DNA of 64,000 nucleotides from Thermoplasmata archaeon (GCA_041489255.1 JBGPQV010000004.1:94984-158983); one strand, 5' to 3'; shown: positions 39,001-48,752, counted from the stretch's first letter. Notes: generated from the sequence alone by a model not told the origin. Numbers and translations: made by a program.

Positions 39001-41157
39001 GACGTGCTCGGCAGCTACGCCTACAGAATCTCGGCCTCGGACCCATCGGGCAATTGGAGAATTGCGGTGGGGTCGTTCAACATCGTCGACACGATCCACC
39101 CCGCCATGTCCCTCGTGACCGCACTGCCAAACCCCCAAATCGTCTTCGCAACTGTCAACATCACCGCCGTGATCGTCGACACGGGCGGGATCGTTGGTGC
39201 CTATGTAGAGGTGACTGATCCCCTCGGCGGCAGGACCAACACCTCTCTGAACCGCAACGGCGACGACTATTGGCTCGAGACAGCGTACAACATCCTGGGC
39301 GATTATTCGTTCATTGTGTCCGCCGTGGACATCGTGGGTCAGTGGTCGGACACGGGAGGGGCGTTCACAATATACGATCCGTGGCCACCCATCGCTGAAG
39401 CCGGTCTGGACGCGACTATACCATGGAACACGACGTTTGTCTTCGATGGCTCCAGCTCCGTTGACAACTTCGGGATAGCAGATTACACCTGGACCTTCTT
39501 CGACACGACACCTGTCACGCTCACAGGCATCAGTCCGACGTATCGCTTCACCAACCTTGGCACCTTCACGGTGACGCTCACCGTCAAGGACTATGCCAAC
39601 AACGAAGACAACGACACCATGAGGGTCACGGTCAGGGACTTCACCAAGCCGGAAATCAGGAACCTGGCGGCAGTGCCGTCTCCTCAGAATCCTAATGTCC
39701 CGGTCAACGTGAGCGCAACCATCACGGACAACATCGCCGTCTCCGAGGTCTGGATAAACATACTCGACCCATTGGCGGTGAGAAGGAACGTCTCCATGCC
39801 GAACGCTGGCGGGAGCACCTATGCACTGGTGCAGAGCTACCTGCTTATCGGCACCTACTATTTCGATATCTGGGCATCAGACTCGTCAAGGAATTGGAAC
39901 ACGATCTCGGGAGTCTTCGAAGTCAGGGACATGCTGAAGCCGGCGATTATCTCCAGCAGCGCCCAGCCCGACCCCCAGGAGGTCCTCAGCTCGGTCCAGA
40001 TCGCCGCCACGGTCCAGGACAACGTCGGGGTCAGCCCTGTCTGGGCCAAAATCGTTCTACCTGGAGGCGCCCTTGCCGGCAACTACTCCATGTTCTTCGA
40101 CCCTGGTTCGGGCACATACCGCAAGACCTATCCGACAGACGCGCTGGGAATCCACACGTTCACAATCTGGGCAGGCGACCAGGCTGGCAACTGGAACAGC
40201 AGCTCCGGCCAGTTCCTCGTCCGGGACTCGACGAGTCCGACCATCTCGCCGACGAACGCCAACACGAGGAGCGAAGTGGACACCGTTCTCAATTTCACCG
40301 CCGTGGCCCAAGACAACTTCAGGATAGACAAGGTCTACGCCGATATTTCCACGCCCACCGGCGGCCAGCTGAGCAACTACACGATGAAGTGGGGCCCGGG
40401 GATCGGAGGCAACTATTACATCCTGTTCAGCCCCACTGAAATTGGCACCTACGACGTCAATCTGTCCGTCTCGGACACAGCAGGGAACTGGGGAATCGCG
40501 TCCGCGACAGTCACCAGTGTCGACACGGGCCTTCCGAATGCGGATGCCGGACCGGATCAGACCGTGTTTGTCGGTGACCTCGTGAGTTTCGACGGGTCTG
40601 CCTCGACGGACTCTCACGGCATAGCCGACTACACCTGGACGTTCACGGAGAATTCGACGTTGAGAACGCTACACGGTCCTCGTCCGTCATTCACGTTCAC
40701 GCAGGCGAGCACCTACTCGGTCACCCTGACTGTGACCGACTACAGCGGCAATAGCGACACCGATCGCGTGAACATCATCGTGAATGCAGAACCGAACGAC
40801 AATGGTGGCAACAACGGGGACGGTGGGAATCCCATCAATCTCATCGCCAACGAAATCCTCGCCTACAGCCCATGGTCATTCATACTGATCTTCGCAATAG
40901 TGATCCTCATCATCGGAGGAATCGCCGCGAGTCGGAAGTCCAAGAGGGAGAGGTTGGAAGGGATCCAGGCAACCAAGGAAAAGGCAATGGCGCGGCATGC
41001 CGCCATGCAGGCAACAGCCCCGCCGCCCCCGCCACCGGAGGGAGAGGAATTTCCTGAGGCTCCAGTTGATGAACCCGCGCAGCCTGTGACGCCGCCACCG
41101 CCGGAGGAAGATGAGGCGGGGTCACCTCCGACACCGCCGCCGCCAGAAGATCAATGA
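36079..41157 (+). CDS. Membrane-anchored S8 (subtilisin-like) serine protease with Ig-like/PKD repeats and a Pro-rich tail
   Basis: Signal peptide; catalytic DTG, HGTHVAG, GTSMASPH; AAGN oxyanion motif; PKD-like FDGSxSxD..IADYTWTF; C-terminal TM helix then poly-Pro. Confidence 0.93.
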   Translation: MNSKSAVLLSFLMVSSALFVLVTPARADEKVGDVASAPTEDTSSVDGGAFFVSPITALRYEMVNDPSSGGTTYRLGTDVYGSVESILDREAALFPDGQYKIEPALRGADASGESDGRLPVIIFLAPQFGQEVSTRIRESRMAGLESLWGQRMELLDHIMSTNVLGPLPAEAASIDPRLDAQFRQIDSVYSSALVDVRGQIYGETEKLNLPTQDPVVAKIINLGGRVMYRGPFVNLITARISPEGLREIVKDPLVGSVYRDGIMTAQLDVSVPSIHASDWWTGGYNTNTYKFVVSDTGVNKTHPALVGVITDEAVFHDEGQLSPVYADNASNPDDLHGHGTHVAGIVGSQDTTYRGVAYGLKGIVNAKFGWLTSAGDGAGTWSDAIKALDWAFSTAGASIGSLSYGDSTPGNGNGGFSKFLDAIVDDLGVPYAVAAGNDGPGGGTLGQPGDAFNVLTVGAMDDQGSTSRTGDTIADFSSRGPTTDGRIKPDIVAPGEDTSNPNWGIYSCNAKWKTQSDWIDFPGTSMASPHIGASLVLLMNYLGPRGFALPAIPKALLLENAEDKGAIGPDNNYGWGYVDLAPAFTNRDKVYNETTKLGQPRFYLGTWTANDKATLVWQRHVTYKGAAYPTQFYALNNLDLFLYNAPANTFAVSSTSPIDNVEQTRYGTALASAVLKVKAMAALVGVTNEPFALATQRTFTYAKPPTYQIIWTGPSSIEAGNTFALTANVTNVGDLTGFGAVGTLNVPAGLTLLTGNNPVALGDIAAGAYKTSSWTFTGSSVGNQTLWFNITSNAYGETFNGTGKHMVRVMDSFPPMINSVSALPSPQNAGLKVNITADITDNLGVFASKAYVVGPRGFVGNFSMTKNPANNVWYADRPYLVAGIHDVTVWASDMDRWTSAQTQFTIIDSTPPIIMGQNAQPNPQQIHGNVNITAQISDQASIYEAWVEITDPLGGKTNNSLSSIINSFWYERQYDVLGSYAYRISASDPSGNWRIAVGSFNIVDTIHPAMSLVTALPNPQIVFATVNITAVIVDTGGIVGAYVEVTDPLGGRTNTSLNRNGDDYWLETAYNILGDYSFIVSAVDIVGQWSDTGGAFTIYDPWPPIAEAGLDATIPWNTTFVFDGSSSVDNFGIADYTWTFFDTTPVTLTGISPTYRFTNLGTFTVTLTVKDYANNEDNDTMRVTVRDFTKPEIRNLAAVPSPQNPNVPVNVSATITDNIAVSEVWINILDPLAVRRNVSMPNAGGSTYALVQSYLLIGTYYFDIWASDSSRNWNTISGVFEVRDMLKPAIISSSAQPDPQEVLSSVQIAATVQDNVGVSPVWAKIVLPGGALAGNYSMFFDPGSGTYRKTYPTDALGIHTFTIWAGDQAGNWNSSSGQFLVRDSTSPTISPTNANTRSEVDTVLNFTAVAQDNFRIDKVYADISTPTGGQLSNYTMKWGPGIGGNYYILFSPTEIGTYDVNLSVSDTAGNWGIASATVTSVDTGLPNADAGPDQTVFVGDLVSFDGSASTDSHGIADYTWTFTENSTLRTLHGPRPSFTFTQASTYSVTLTVTDYSGNSDTDRVNIIVNAEPNDNGGNNGDGGNPINLIANEILAYSPWSFILIFAIVILIIGGIAASRKSKRERLEGIQATKEKAMARHAAMQATAPPPPPPEGEEFPEAPVDEPAQPVTPPPPEEDEAGSPPTPPPPEDQ

Positions 41158-41197
41158 CGACATCATCCGCCAGAAAGATCACGACTGGCTGATCCGC

Positions 41198-41368
41198 TCA
41201 CGTTTTCGACTTCTTCGGCCTCGAGCAGACGGCGTACTCGTCACCGTCGAAGAAGACATCCAAGTCCGGGTGCTGCCTCTGGATGTCCTGAATCAGTTTC
41301 ATGATATCCTTGAGGGTGACAGACTCGTCGTTGGGATCTATCCTGTAGTGAATGCGCTTCTCTGCCAT
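41198..41368 (-). CDS. Small hypothetical protein
   Basis: MAEKRIHYRIDPND...VFFDGDEYAVCSR; codon usage like neighbouring core genes; ATG at 41368. Confidence 0.65.
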   Translation of the reverse strand: MAEKRIHYRIDPNDESVTLKDIMKLIQDIQRQHPDLDVFFDGDEYAVCSRPKKSKT

Positions 41369-41569
41369 GGCTTTCCCCCGGCGGTCTGAGGCGGGCGTCG
41401 CGGGGAATATTGGAGGCGCATAGATGGATTCGGCCATATAATGTTTTCCGGTATGGTCTGGAGGGTCGGTCTCGGATGGAAGTATTAAAATACGGTGACG
41501 GTCAATATAGCAGCATAGGAGTCAAGAAGAGAGTAGAGACTTCCCCCTCTATTCCGAGGTGTTCCCCCC

Positions 41570-44077
41570 GTGGCTGTTAAGGGAAAGGGCAAAGCCGAGC
41601 CCCAGGTCTGCACCGTTTGCGGCGGTGAGGTAAACGCCGAGGGCGAGTGCACGGTCTGCGGGAACAAGCAGGCAGCGAACAGCTCGGCGAATCAGGCCAC
41701 GGCGAACGCGGCACCTGAGCTCACGAAGGATCAGGCGGTCAAGATTTTCAAGCAGATTGAGGGAATCGGCGACTCGAGGGCGAATGCGCTCTACGAGAGC
41801 GGCTTCACCTCACTGGAGTCATTTCGGGACACGAGCGTGCAGGATATCATCGAGCTCGCCGGCTTGGACGAGAAACTGGCCAAGGCGGTGCACGATGGCG
41901 CGGAAAAGATGCTGGCGTCATCGAGTCAGCAGCCAACGGGCAACAACGACGCCCTCTATAAATGGCTCAGCGGGGAGAACGGCGAGGGCGGTCTGTCGGC
42001 ATGGCTCGGGACCAGCCCCGAAGCTTCGAAGCCAGCCCAAGCCCTCAAGGATACCAACGTGGACGCCCTGAAGAAGTGGCTTTCTGGCGAAGAGGACGCG
42101 CTGCAGCAATGGCTCGGGTTCGACACGACCCCGCAGGTGGTCGTCGAGGGAGACGCCTTGAAGAGGCTCAGGGAACTCGAGAGGCAGTTGGACGAGAAGG
42201 ACCTGCAGGTGGGCGAGCGCGAGAGGGAGATCGAGTCGATGAGAGTGGAGATCGACGAGCTCAAGGACGGTCTCCAGAGGCAATTGTCCGCCTATAAGGA
42301 CGGCACATTCGACCCTGTCAAGTTCATCGAGGAACAGGCTGAGCTCAACAAGCAGCTCCAGACTGAAATCTCTAGGAGGAAACAACTCGAAGATGAGATG
42401 GAGCACCTGAAGAAGGGCAGCATCGCGGTCATAAAGTACGTCAAATCACAGCAGCAGAGGGGCGGCACGAGCCCCGAGATGAAGAAGCGCCTCGCCGAGG
42501 AGTCGATGCGCCGCCAGCAGATGGAGACCGAGGTTGGGAGGCTGACGCATCTGCAGGAGGAACTGAAGAAACAGCTGGACGGCGGGCTGCAGAAGCTCAA
42601 GCCGGACGAGAGGGTGCTGAAGGAGAAGGAGCTCACCCTGATCGAGAAGGAGGCGCTGCTCAAGGCGAAGGAGGAGCAGCTGAGCGCGTACGAGGAGGCG
42701 GCGAAGAGGGGCGAAATTGACCTCGGCGGCGCCTCGGAGGAGCTGCGGCAGAGGCTGCAGGAGGAGTTGAGGGACAAGGAAGAGGAGTTCCGCAGGCGGG
42801 ACGAGGAACTCAGCAAGAAGGTCATCCTCCTCGAAGAAGAGGTCAGCAAGTACCGCATAGACGAGAAGCTGCGCAAGGAGGCGCAGGAGCTCAAGGGGAA
42901 GCCCAAGGACGTGATAGACCAGGTATTCGCGAAGAAGGAGATCGAGTTGCTCTCGAAGGAGAAGTCGATACTCATCCGCGAGCAGGAGATCCAGAGGCTC
43001 AAGGAGGAACTGCAGCTCAAGGAAGACGAGATGAAGAAGCTCACCGAACCGCTGAAGTACAAGGAGGAGGAGATGCTCAGGCGGGAGGAGGACCTCCTCT
43101 ATCGCGAGAGGCTCATGCAGGCACAGCTGCGCAAGTTGGAGGAAGCGAAGGCGCAAGGCGGGTCGACTGAGGAGCTCGAACTCAAGGATAGGCTAGAGCA
43201 GCTCAAGTCCGAGATCGCCACCAAGGAAGAAGAGGTCAGGGCGAAGGAGAAGTATCTCAAGCAGAAGATGGAGGAGCTGAGGCTCAGGGAACAAGGCCTC
43301 ATCGAGGAGGAAATCGACGCCAGGGGAGAAGACAGGACGATGGAGTTCAAGCAGGAGAAGGCGAAGACCGGCAGCCCCAGGCTGGACGACCTGCTCCTGG
43401 GCGGCATCCCGTTCGGCTCGAACGTCTCAATCTATGGTCCCGCGTACGTGGGCAAGGAGGTCATCGTCAACGCGTTCATGGCGGAGGGGCTGAAGAAAGG
43501 CATACCCGTGATCTGGGTCATCACGGACAAGACCCCCGCAGACATCCGCGAGGAGATGCAGTTCATTCTGCCCGGCTACGCCGAATACGAGAAGCTGGGC
43601 CTCGCGAAGTACGTCGACGCGTACAGCAGGTCGATGGGCTCGGAGACCCAGGACGCCTTCTCGACCTACATCAACGACGCGACCGACCACGAGTCGATAC
43701 TCAAGGCGGTCGATGATATCGCCAAGGAATTCAAGAAGAAGAACGAGTACTACAGGCTCGCCTTCAGGTCGATTTCGACCCTGATCGCCTACCTGGACCC
43801 GACGACCACCTTCAAGTTCCTGCAGCCCTTCGCGGGCAGGAGGAAGAGGGACAAGGCGATCAGCTTCTACGTCATCGAGAAGGGCATGCACGAGGAGCAG
43901 GAGATCCAGATGCTGGGGTCGGTGATGGACGGCGCCCTGGAATTCAAGGTGGAGCAGCTCAAGTCATATCTGGCGGTGAAAGGCATCTGCGACGTCCAGA
44001 GCAGGGCCTGGATCAGATATACCTACAGTAAGCAGGGAGTCAGCATCGGTTCGTTCTCGCTGGACCACATCAAGTAG
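41570..44077 (+). CDS. Zn-ribbon + HhH + long coiled coil + degenerate KaiC/RAD55-like ATPase
   Basis: CTVCG..CTVCG; IEGIGDSRANALYESGF; long E/K-rich coiled coil; TGSPRLDDLLLGGIP, GPAYVGKE. Confidence 0.88.
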   Translation: MAVKGKGKAEPQVCTVCGGEVNAEGECTVCGNKQAANSSANQATANAAPELTKDQAVKIFKQIEGIGDSRANALYESGFTSLESFRDTSVQDIIELAGLDEKLAKAVHDGAEKMLASSSQQPTGNNDALYKWLSGENGEGGLSAWLGTSPEASKPAQALKDTNVDALKKWLSGEEDALQQWLGFDTTPQVVVEGDALKRLRELERQLDEKDLQVGEREREIESMRVEIDELKDGLQRQLSAYKDGTFDPVKFIEEQAELNKQLQTEISRRKQLEDEMEHLKKGSIAVIKYVKSQQQRGGTSPEMKKRLAEESMRRQQMETEVGRLTHLQEELKKQLDGGLQKLKPDERVLKEKELTLIEKEALLKAKEEQLSAYEEAAKRGEIDLGGASEELRQRLQEELRDKEEEFRRRDEELSKKVILLEEEVSKYRIDEKLRKEAQELKGKPKDVIDQVFAKKEIELLSKEKSILIREQEIQRLKEELQLKEDEMKKLTEPLKYKEEEMLRREEDLLYRERLMQAQLRKLEEAKAQGGSTEELELKDRLEQLKSEIATKEEEVRAKEKYLKQKMEELRLREQGLIEEEIDARGEDRTMEFKQEKAKTGSPRLDDLLLGGIPFGSNVSIYGPAYVGKEVIVNAFMAEGLKKGIPVIWVITDKTPADIREEMQFILPGYAEYEKLGLAKYVDAYSRSMGSETQDAFSTYINDATDHESILKAVDDIAKEFKKKNEYYRLAFRSISTLIAYLDPTTTFKFLQPFAGRRKRDKAISFYVIEKGMHEEQEIQMLGSVMDGALEFKVEQLKSYLAVKGICDVQSRAWIRYTYSKQGVSIGSFSLDHIK

Positions 44078-44120
44078 GCCAGCCGAGCGGATGTTTTTCC
44101 CAAGAGAAGGGAGAGTTCCC

Positions 44121-44561
44121 TCACATCACTTCCATGCCTTGTCTCTGCTTCGATGGCGGCTGTTGGGCCGGGATGTTGACTGTGGGCATCGGTATTGGTG
44201 GCGGGAGCCTGAGGTCGCGGGCAATCATCACCGCCTCGGGTATGCAGTTGTTCATGATGACCGTGTGGATCTCGTTGGCCACCTCGTTAGGCATCTGGTT
44301 AGTGCTCGTCCACTGGCGCACGAGGTTGCGCGCTTGGCCCTCATAGACTATCCTGCCCTCTATCCTGATTAGGCCAACGACCTCCTCGACGGCACGGTAG
44401 TTCGCGGTGAACCTGAAGTCGACCGACGCCTCGCGCTCGCTCAGCTCGGTGATCAAGGTCACGGTGCTGTTGTGGTCTATCCGGAGGTTTGTCGGCTTGT
44501 CCGTTGACTTTGCGAACCTCTTCGCCTCTAAGGAGGACAGTTCGAATGCTTTTATGGTGAT
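44121..44561 (-). CDS. Hypothetical protein; probable non-canonical ATC start at 44561
   Basis: Frame is open upstream of GTG 44462 (IKAFELSSLEAKRF...); GGTGG SD before the ATC; ends LRLPPPIPMP. Confidence 0.7.
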   Translation of the reverse strand: MTIKAFELSSLEAKRFAKSTDKPTNLRIDHNSTVTLITELSEREASVDFRFTANYRAVEEVVGLIRIEGRIVYEGQARNLVRQWTSTNQMPNEVANEIHTVIMNNCIPEAVMIARDLRLPPPIPMPTVNIPAQQPPSKQRQGMEVM

Positions 44562-44677
44562 TGTCCCACCGCCTGAGAGAGCAACGTCGTTCCCTTAATA
44601 CCTTTTGCAGAGGGAATCTGGCCGCAGGATTCGAGGAACATGCCGTTTATCCCCTAGGTTCATAGGGACAGCAGAAC

Positions 44678-45463
44678 TTGTCGAAGTCGGTGTCTCGGAA
44701 ACTTGAAGGTCGTGTGGCCCTGATAACGGGAGCCAGCGGCGAGATCGGGTCTGCCACTGCCATGGAGTTCGCCAAAGAGGGCGCCATCGGCGTCGCCCTT
44801 CACTACAACCGCAACCGCGGCCCAGCCGAGCAGATTCTACGTCGGATGAAGAGGCTAGGAACGGACGGCATTGCTCTGAAAGCGGATATTTCACGCCCTG
44901 ACGAAGCTGGGATTCTGGTCAAGAAGACTGTCGCAAGGTTTGGGAGACTGGATGCCCTAGTGTGTCTTGCTGGCCATCCGTTCCAACGAGATCATTGGTT
45001 CGGCCAGTTCGAAAAACTCACGCCAGAACAGCTCAAGAAACCGCTCCGGGTGGACCTGCTCGGGAATGCATTCGTGGTTCAGTCTGCCATACCTGTTATG
45101 CGGAAGCAGTATCGCGCCAAGATTGTCCTCATCGGTTCGACGCCAGCGCTGACGGGCGACTCTGTCGGAATATCATACCTGATTGCCAAGGCGGGCATCC
45201 TCGCCATGACCAGGGCGCTGGCTCAGTACCTTGGGCCATCCAATATCAACGTCAACGCTCTGGCACTCGGCTCGATTGAAACGCGATCCACGACTGGCCA
45301 TCTCACCGCCAGGGAGAGGAAGCAACTGGCGGCGGAAGCAGCGCTCAAGCGCTTCGGAACACCCCAAGAGATCGCAAGGGAGATTGTCTTCCTGGTAAGC
45401 GATGATTCGGACTTCATCACGGGTCAAACGATTGTGGCGGATGGCGGCTACGCGATGAGATGA
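44678..45463 (+). CDS. SDR-family oxidoreductase
   Basis: TGASGEIG, YLIAK (YxxxK), ITGQTIVADGG. Confidence 0.92.
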   Translation: MSKSVSRKLEGRVALITGASGEIGSATAMEFAKEGAIGVALHYNRNRGPAEQILRRMKRLGTDGIALKADISRPDEAGILVKKTVARFGRLDALVCLAGHPFQRDHWFGQFEKLTPEQLKKPLRVDLLGNAFVVQSAIPVMRKQYRAKIVLIGSTPALTGDSVGISYLIAKAGILAMTRALAQYLGPSNINVNALALGSIETRSTTGHLTARERKQLAAEAALKRFGTPQEIAREIVFLVSDDSDFITGQTIVADGGYAMR

Positions 45464-45496
45464 CCTCAACGACAGACCGTGATTGGGGACCTAGAG

Positions 45497-45569
45497 TGGG
45501 CCCGCGGCGATTTGAACGCCGGTCGCCAGCACCCCAAGCTGGAAGGATACCAAGCTACCCCACGGGCCC
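45497..45569 (-). tRNA. tRNA-Pro (anticodon GGG)
   Basis: GGGCCCG acceptor stem, CCAGC-TTGGGGT-GCTGG anticodon arm, GTTCAAATC T-loop; downstream of rpoN as usual in archaea. Confidence 0.95.
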
Positions 45570-45609
45570 GTGAATCGTGCGATTGCCCGACCCCACTAAA
45601 TACATATCC

Positions 45610-45801
45610 CTAGCCGAAGGGCAGCGCGTCGTCGACCAGCTCCGCATTTGCGAGAATCATCCTACGGCAGCAGTACCTCTCGAGTCCGAGAGAGTCGAGG
45701 ACCTTCTCCGCCTTCTCGCCCGCCTTAACACGCTTCTGGTACGCTTCGTACGCTGAGCCGACGACCTTCCCGCATGTGAAGCATCTTACCGGGATTATCA
45801 T
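45610..45801 (-). CDS. rpoN: RNA polymerase subunit Rpo10 (N)
   Basis: [11 protein letters not shown]...RYCCRRM. Confidence 0.97.
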   Translation of the reverse strand: MIIPVRCFTCGKVVGSAYEAYQKRVKAGEKAEKVLDSLGLERYCCRRMILANAELVDDALPFG

Positions 45802-45805
45802 GACA

Positions 45806-46204
45806 TCACCTGTAGGACTTCTGCCTCTTCTTCCGCGCGCCACGGCCGAGCGGCTTCTTCGGTAGCTTCCTTCGCGTATCCGGAACCATCAGGGTCCTGT
45901 CGTAGTCCCTGTAAATGGCCTCTAGCTCCTGGTCACCGGTGTATTGGACGAGCCCCCTTGCGATGGCGGTGCGCACAGCGTCCGCCTGCCCCATAATCCC
46001 GCCGCCCTGAACGTTGATGTCGATGTCGAGCGTCTCGATCCTCTTCCCCGCAAGGCGCAGCGGCTCCATCACCTTGAGCCTGACCAGCTCGGGAGTCATT
46101 ATCTCTACCGGGATGTGGTTCACCCGGACGCGTCCCTTGCCCCTCATTACTGTCGCCCTGGCAATCGCGGTCTTCCTTTTCCCGCTCGCGGTCGCGACCT
46201 TCAT
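45806..46204 (-). CDS. rps9: Ribosomal protein uS9
   Basis: [24 protein letters not shown]. Confidence 0.97.
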   Translation of the reverse strand: MKVATASGKRKTAIARATVMRGKGRVRVNHIPVEIMTPELVRLKVMEPLRLAGKRIETLDIDINVQGGGIMGQADAVRTAIARGLVQYTGDQELEAIYRDYDRTLMVPDTRRKLPKKPLGRGARKKRQKSYR

Positions 46205-46212
46205 GCCACCAC

Positions 46213-46626
46213 CTAGAACTCCGCGCCCAAGTGCTTCGAGATATCGCCCAGCGACAAGAAAGACTCAGCAGTGACGCGGGACGCTTCCGGGATCCTCTCG
46301 AGCCTCTTGTCCTTGAACTCCTCGGGCACCGCCACATACACCTTCAGCTTCTTCATCGCGGTCTTGCCACGCGGCCTCTTATGAGGGACCATACCATTGA
46401 TCGCCCTTTTGAGGATCCGATCCGGCCTCTTGGGATAGTAGGGACCCTTTCGCGTGCTCCCCACGTCCATCCGCCATCTGAATTCCCTCAGAATCTCGGC
46501 CTTGTCGCCTGTTATGAGAGCTTTCTCAGCATTGACGACGATGATCTCCTCGCCGTCGAGCAGCCTCTTGGCAACCACAGATGCCAACCGCCCGACAACG
46601 TGATCGCTCGCGTCTATGATTGTCAT
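46213..46626 (-). CDS. rpl13: Ribosomal protein uL13
   Basis: IDASDHVVGRLAS, GPYYPKRPD; ATG at 46626. Confidence 0.97.
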   Translation of the reverse strand: MTIIDASDHVVGRLASVVAKRLLDGEEIIVVNAEKALITGDKAEILREFRWRMDVGSTRKGPYYPKRPDRILKRAINGMVPHKRPRGKTAMKKLKVYVAVPEEFKDKRLERIPEASRVTAESFLSLGDISKHLGAEF

Positions 46627-46628
46627 GC

Positions 46629-46994
46629 TCACCCCATTATCCTGATCCCCGCCCCGCTCGGATTCGCCGAGGCGAGTTCCCTTATCGTGACGGCGCGGCC
46701 ACCCGCCGCCTCTATCTTCTTCCTCGCCTGCGCGGAGGCTCTGAACGCCGCAACCGTGACCCCGAACGTTATGATTCCGGAGCCGAGCAGTTTCCCCGGG
46801 ACGACAAGCAGCTCGCCCTCCTTCGCGAATCGGGCGATGCGGCTCACGTTGACCTCGCTCCAACTGCGATCGGGGCGCTCGAGTTTGACCGCCACGGCCC
46901 GCCATATCGGAGCCTTTTGCTCCCTGGACATGGCCTTGAGGTCGCTAATGAGCTTGGCCAGTTGTGGGTTATCCTTGCGGTTGATGTCCGTCAT
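46629..46994 (-). CDS. rpl18e: Ribosomal protein eL18
   Basis: NPQL..LI, APIW, VPGKLLGSG; ATG at 46994. Confidence 0.96.
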   Translation of the reverse strand: MTDINRKDNPQLAKLISDLKAMSREQKAPIWRAVAVKLERPDRSWSEVNVSRIARFAKEGELLVVPGKLLGSGIITFGVTVAAFRASAQARKKIEAAGGRAVTIRELASANPSGAGIRIMG

Positions 46995-47169
46995 AATGGC
47001 TCGGAGTTGCGCATATTCTGGCGTCCTCATATAAACGTTTGGTCTTGGGTTGATGGAGGGCAGGTGGGAAAAGGGGGGCTTCCCACCAGCGAGATTGCCG
47101 CCAAAGCTGTTAATCAGGGCACCAATTAAATAATAGTACCTGCATAAAGCCGCCCTTCCCGGTGAGTCG

Positions 47170-48207
47170 ATGATACGGTTTGGACCCTCTGGTATTCCTC
47201 TGTCGTGCAAGGGCCGAACCCTTAGAGATGGTATAGAGGATGTCCACAATCTCGGTCTGACCGCGCTCGAAGCCCAGCTTGTCCGCGTCAACACGAACGA
47301 GCGCTTCGCCACCGATGATGATGTGGGGAAGACTCCCGCCACGACCCCAGGCGAACTGGTCGTGGAGGTCATGCGGGAGAAGGGCAAGAAAGAGGAAGGG
47401 CTCATCGGGCTCGACATCAAGATTGAGAAGGGCGACGTCCTGCGTTCCCTCGCCAGCGGCATCGCCAGGGACTACATCGAGCTGAAGGAACTCGGCCGCC
47501 TCGCGAGGGATCTGGACATTGAGATTTCGCTCCACGCGCCCTACTACATGGACCTTGCGGGAACCGACCAGCTCAGCGGGAAAAGCGTCGACAGCATCAA
47601 GTGGGGTGGGTTGCTCGCGGATGCCCTCGGCGCCGAGCTGGTCATCACGCACCTAGGGCTCTACGGTCAGTACGCCAAGAAGGATGCGATGAAGAGGGTC
47701 ACATCCAACCTCCGAATGCTCAGGGACTGGTACAAGAAGAATCGTCTAACGCCCAAACTGGGGATTGAGAACTCAGGCAGGCAGGAGGTTTTCGGCGACT
47801 ACGAGGAGATAGTGACGCTCTGCCGGAACGTGAAGGGTGTCGTCCCCGTTCTCAACTTCGCGCACATGCATGCCAGGGAGGGAGGGAGCCTGCGCGAGAA
47901 GGAAGACTTCGTCAAGGCGCTCGCCAAGGCGAAGAAGTTCACCGGCGACAGGTTCTACGTGCACTTCTCTGGCGTGGAACACGAGGGCGGCAACGAGCAG
48001 CGCTACACGCCGATCAAGAAGGGAGATTTGAGGTTCGAGCCGTTTGCCGAGTGCATCATGGACGACTCCTACCAAGTGACTCTGATATCCTCGTCTCCTC
48101 TGCTGGAGCACGACGCGATGTACATGAAGATGATAGTCGAGAGAGTCCTCGCTAGGAAGCTTGGCAAGGGTGTCCAAGAAGTGAAGGGCGGGAAGGAAGC
48201 CAGATGA
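47170..48207 (+). CDS. Endonuclease IV-like TIM-barrel protein
   Basis: IRFGPSGIP, SLHAPYYM, IENSG, NFAHMHAR, HFSGVE. Confidence 0.85.
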   Translation: MIRFGPSGIPLSCKGRTLRDGIEDVHNLGLTALEAQLVRVNTNERFATDDDVGKTPATTPGELVVEVMREKGKKEEGLIGLDIKIEKGDVLRSLASGIARDYIELKELGRLARDLDIEISLHAPYYMDLAGTDQLSGKSVDSIKWGGLLADALGAELVITHLGLYGQYAKKDAMKRVTSNLRMLRDWYKKNRLTPKLGIENSGRQEVFGDYEEIVTLCRNVKGVVPVLNFAHMHAREGGSLREKEDFVKALAKAKKFTGDRFYVHFSGVEHEGGNEQRYTPIKKGDLRFEPFAECIMDDSYQVTLISSSPLLEHDAMYMKMIVERVLARKLGKGVQEVKGGKEAR

Positions 48208-48752
48208 CACTCGCCCACAACGCGGCGGGCTACATCAACGAGCAGATAGCGAGCATGCTGAAGCAGACGGACGAACAGGAAGTCTCCAAGGTCGTCGAGA
48301 TGATAGTCTCGGCCAAGAAGATTTTCGTCTACGGCGTCGGCCGGTCTGGGCTCGTGGCCAGGGCGTTCGCGATGAGGCTCGTGCAGCTGGGCCGCGACGT
48401 GTTCTTCGTCGGCGAGACCATAACGCCGATCGTGGAAGGTGGGGACATGGTGCTCATCGTCTCCAACACAGGCGCCACTATGTCCGCGATCCAGACAGCC
48501 AACATCGCGAGAAGGGTTGGGGCGGCAGTCCTAACCATCACGGGGAACCCGACGAGCAAGCTCGCGCACGCGTCGAACGTGGTGATCTGCATACCGGACC
48601 AGAGTAACCAGCAGACTGCGAAGTTCGCCCCCCTGGGGACGCTGTTCGAGGACGCCACGCTCGTCTTCCTTGATGGGATCGTGGCGATGGTGATGGAGAA
48701 GCTCGGCGAATCCGAGGCGACCATGCGGAGCCGCCACGGGATCATGGTCTGA
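48204..48752 (+). CDS. hxlB: 6-phospho-3-hexuloisomerase (SIS domain)
   Basis: GVGRSG, FAMRL, VGETITP, APLGTLFE. Confidence 0.85.
   Translation: MTLAHNAAGYINEQIASMLKQTDEQEVSKVVEMIVSAKKIFVYGVGRSGLVARAFAMRLVQLGRDVFFVGETITPIVEGGDMVLIVSNTGATMSAIQTANIARRVGAAVLTITGNPTSKLAHASNVVICIPDQSNQQTAKFAPLGTLFEDATLVFLDGIVAMVMEKLGESEATMRSRHGIMV

Noticed and set aside
42292-43156. Ser/Leu-rich minus-strand ORFs
   Set aside because: Antisense of the E/K-rich coiled coil
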